This document shows positions 60,801-64,000 of a DNA stretch of 64,000 nt, piece after piece; positions within the stretch are counted from its first letter, which is position 1, and every line of letters starts with the position of its first letter. Where the stretch lies: the NCBI GenBank assembly GCA_001600815.1, contig BCKZ01000002.1, forward strand, positions 1,062,294 through 1,126,293. Direction: 5' to 3'. The stretch comes from Alloascoidea hylecoeti. Taxonomy: Eukaryota. The notes beneath the pieces were generated by a model. That model did no database searches. It was given only the letters and a program-made list of their open reading frames with translations, and was not told the origin of the DNA. A program made the position numbers and the translations under genes.

Positions 60801-62991
60801 ATCATCCGGTTACCTTTAACAACATCATGAACCATTAAAAGGAAATTGTATAAGTGCATCCGTATCAATGCATATGTGTATTTCCCAATGTATTTAGCTA
60901 TATCCAGAAAGAAGCAATTATTGCTTATATCATTTAACATAGATACGATTGATTAATCAAATGGTTTAATTTAAAATCATTCTTGTTTGATCTAGAAGCT
61001 GACATGATTTTTAATCATAATCAACAATGGTATCTAATATTAATATTGAAATTGGCGAGTAAATAGGTAAGGTTAAGTATAATAGCTGAAAGTAATTACA
61101 ACATTTTTAAAAATTATTCATCGATATGCATTAATCGCGATCAAAGCCTTACTTTTTTCACAGTTGCAAGTTAAATTTCATGTATCCCTAATACCATACA
61201 ATAGATTATTGGAAACTGATTATGATAATTCATATGAAGATCCATATATTTATTGAACAAAGAAGGATTTATTGTTAATGCATATATGAAATGCTGCTAT
61301 CTAGATTCTAAAGTATCAATAAATGTTGTATATTATAATTGGTTGAAATATTTTGGATCTTCTAATTCGATGATTTAAGGTTGATCTAAGTATCGAATAT
61401 TTTTCATCTAATTTGATCTTTTGATAATTAGTATTGATCGTTAGAGGGTGAAATATTTGTGTCATTTATAAGTACATTAAGTTTCAATCACCAATGAATA
61501 ACAATAATTTCCAATATTAATTGTTGTTATATGATAATAATTATTTAGTGTTAAGGTTAAGGTATTAATTAGCTAAATCTAGGCTGCAAAACATAGCCCA
61601 TTATATATCTTTAAGTAAGGTGGGGATCTAGAATTCAATATTGGGATTGTATACTTAGCTGTTTCTCCGCAATTTTAGCACCATGAAGTGGCATGAACTA
61701 TGAGCTGTAATATGGTATACTAGTTTAGATCTAGAAGGATTATCTTCACTGCTGGTATTGACCATCGAATCCGTGTATCCGATCGCCGTAATCCACAGAT
61801 AGCGAGCAACTTATAGCTAAGTATATGAAATTGCTAGGAACATCTTTTTTGGAAATTTTTAAACGAAAAGTTCAAAGAAAAAATTAAAAATAAATAATTT
61901 TTCGAATTTTGAAACTCATTTTAAATCATTTTCAATCATTTTAAATGTGCAATTAATATTGAAAATTGAAAATTGAAAAATGAAAAATGAAAAATTCTTT
62001 CATCCCCAAAGATCAGACGGCCAAGAAGTATTAGTGCATAAGGTGGTGTGGTTGAGACTTTCTTCTTTCATTAATATTCTATTCTTTTATATAAGGAGAT
62101 ACATACCATAGCGGGTTGTACAGATCGTCTAATTGTCACAATTTGTCAGAGATGTTCTGGCTAGACTATTATTTCTACTAAAGACAGGTTTCCGGGAGCA
62201 AGCTTATTAAATGATAAAAAATATTTCAAATTCCTTCTTTGAAAAGTTACAATTATCAAGGGTCTTGCAATTCGATTCGGAAGAGTTATGATATTTAGAA
62301 ATATAATGTAGAACATTAGATACGGAATTATAAATTCGGGATTTTTCATTAATACCGTTAACGTTATTGTATTTTAGGCGGTACCTTCAAGGTAATGGCA
62401 TCCCCATTATGAAAATTTGCAATTATCAGAACAATAATTATAAATTTTAAATGAAACCAATTTAAATATGAATATTAATGCACGTTAAAATTTCGACTTA
62501 TTATAATAAGGGGCCGGGGCTATTTTAAATTTTGCTGGAGACTTTGACACAAAATGAAACCGAAACGCCGAGACTGAATGAAAAATGTTTACTATTGTTT
62601 AGAGAAAGACGATAAACCTACAGATGAGAATAAATATTTAAATACCAGCGCACTCCACTATCAAATTAGTACCAGTTTTGTTGTGTAAATGGAGCCATGG
62701 AGTTACTAATTAGTTTTGCAATTGTTGTGTAAATGTAAGTGGGGGTTATGCTATGGAGTTATTAATTAATATCAGAGCAAAGGAATTCGTGAGTATGGCT
62801 GATTATGAGCAAATTAATTGCAATCTCAAAATATATATATATATGATTTCGAAATTCCAACAACGGTTGCACCAAAGCACACAAAAGCACACGAAGCTGG
62901 CACGAAGCGTGTCCGTCTGTTCTGGAATATATTTACAAGGCAAACATGCACCACTGCATACATTCCGTCAGCACCCGTGATGCGCTCGGTT

Positions 62992-63022
62992 GCGGGTGTC
63001 TGCGGCGGGTGTCTGCGGCGGG
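62992..63022. repeat. 13-bp GC-rich tandem repeat GCGGGTGTCTGCG (about 2.4 copies) upstream of the ECL1-like gene
   Basis: Direct reading, within a GC-rich patch about 170-200 bp before the ATG at 63188. Confidence 0.8.
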
Positions 63023-63187
63023 CCCCTGCCGCCACACGCGGGCGGCATTTGACCAGAACACGTGCGGGCGATTATTCAGCGGGTGGTCCAGCAAATAATT
63101 AAATATTGGCAGCCTGGCAGACGGAATATATATTTGGGTGCTCCTGCTGTTTCCTGCCTCTCTTGTATCCTCCAAATTTCAAAATCA

Positions 63188-63814
63188 ATGATGTCCTCTC
63201 CACACGTCTCTGACTCCTCCGAAGACTACCTCGGCCTCTGCTTCCACGACTACTGCATCATCTGTGACACCCAGTGCGCCCCCGGCGGTGTCTACTGCTC
63301 CTCCAAATGCCGCCATATAGATGAAGACAACTCCAGAAAAGCCAGCCCTTCGTTGTTCTCCCAAATGGAATCCCCAGACTTTTCTCCCGAGGCTCAGCGC
63401 AGGTCTTCCTACCCCAGTCCCATCTTCTCCATCGATTCTAACGAAAGAGTCGACGAGGACCTGGATCTGACTGATGATTACTCGGACTCAATTTATACTT
63501 ATGAAGTGCCTACTTTAGAACATTCAACTTCTGTATCTTCTACTTCTACAGGCTCCTCCTGGACAAATCTAGAGAATTTTGCCCGTGCTTATAATTTCAA
63601 TACATCTTCATCTTTACTGTCCAACTCAACCTTGGAAAATCACAAAGTTTCACCTACACACAATGCCCCAAGGTTAATACTATCGGAGTTAGAAGAATCG
63701 ACTAAGATCCCACAAAAACAACTGCAACAACAACCGCAATTCCAACAGCCTAGATCTAATCTTTCTGTCTCGAACTCAGACACATACAAGCGATGGTTAA
63801 ATGTTGTCTTATAA
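63188..63814 (+). CDS. Ecl1/2/3-family (extender of chronological lifespan) zinc-binding protein
   Basis: FHDYCIICDTQC..VYCSSKCRHID (CxxC..YCSxxC) and C-terminal YKRWL. ATG at 63188 is preferred over GTG at 63062. Confidence 0.75.
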   Translation: MMSSPHVSDSSEDYLGLCFHDYCIICDTQCAPGGVYCSSKCRHIDEDNSRKASPSLFSQMESPDFSPEAQRRSSYPSPIFSIDSNERVDEDLDLTDDYSDSIYTYEVPTLEHSTSVSSTSTGSSWTNLENFARAYNFNTSSSLLSNSTLENHKVSPTHNAPRLILSELEESTKIPQKQLQQQPQFQQPRSNLSVSNSDTYKRWLNVVL

Positions 63815-64000
63815 ATTATTTAATATTATAAATACTCCGCTTACAGGTAAAGCGTGTTCGTATTCCAGTTTAATTATCAAAAACAACAACAGTATACTAT
63901 GATTGGCTAATGATTTTATCTTTTTCACTTCATATTTCATCTTATCTCATGGTTAAAAAGTTTATGGTGTCATTTTATTTATGCTATGATGAACAACGAC

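Noticed and set aside
1..64000. CRISPR arrays, rRNA, prokaryotic operons
   Set aside because: No repeat-spacer arrays or rRNA-like sequence seen; the DNA is eukaryotic with spliceosomal introns.

Overview
AT-rich nuclear DNA of an intron-containing budding yeast (Saccharomycotina). CTG codons sit at conserved Leu positions of the Gal4 DNA-binding domain, so the code looks standard (not the CUG-Ser clade). The window holds 16 protein-coding genes: a Rod1/Rog3-type arrestin (5'-partial), TEF1, an orphan ORF, a Methyltransf_16 protein, spliced full-length GAL4, an SPG5-like gene, a spliced SDR, a GYP5/GYL1-like Rab-GAP, a GRE2-like reductase, an Ada/AraC-HTH protein lacking its Zn cysteines, AIM14, CUZ1, RPP1, a DCAF7/YPL247C WD40 gene, RSP5 and an ECL1-like gene. 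There are also tRNA-Glu(CTC) and tRNA-Leu(TAA). The main observation is that tRNA-Leu is flanked on both sides by stacked, 5'-truncated L1-like non-LTR retrotransposon relics, mostly poly(A)-tailed. All have their 5' ends facing the tRNA, and the nearest lie about 40-70 bp away. A more decayed relic lies downstream of tRNA-Glu in the same orientation. This resembles the Dictyostelium TRE5/TRE3 tRNA-targeting strategy. Other observations: Tc1/mariner transposase relics with a TA-flanked MITE-like element, five of ten inferred introns exactly 58 nt long, and a hairpin-folded TEF1 intron. All family calls come from motif recognition by eye; no database searches were run.
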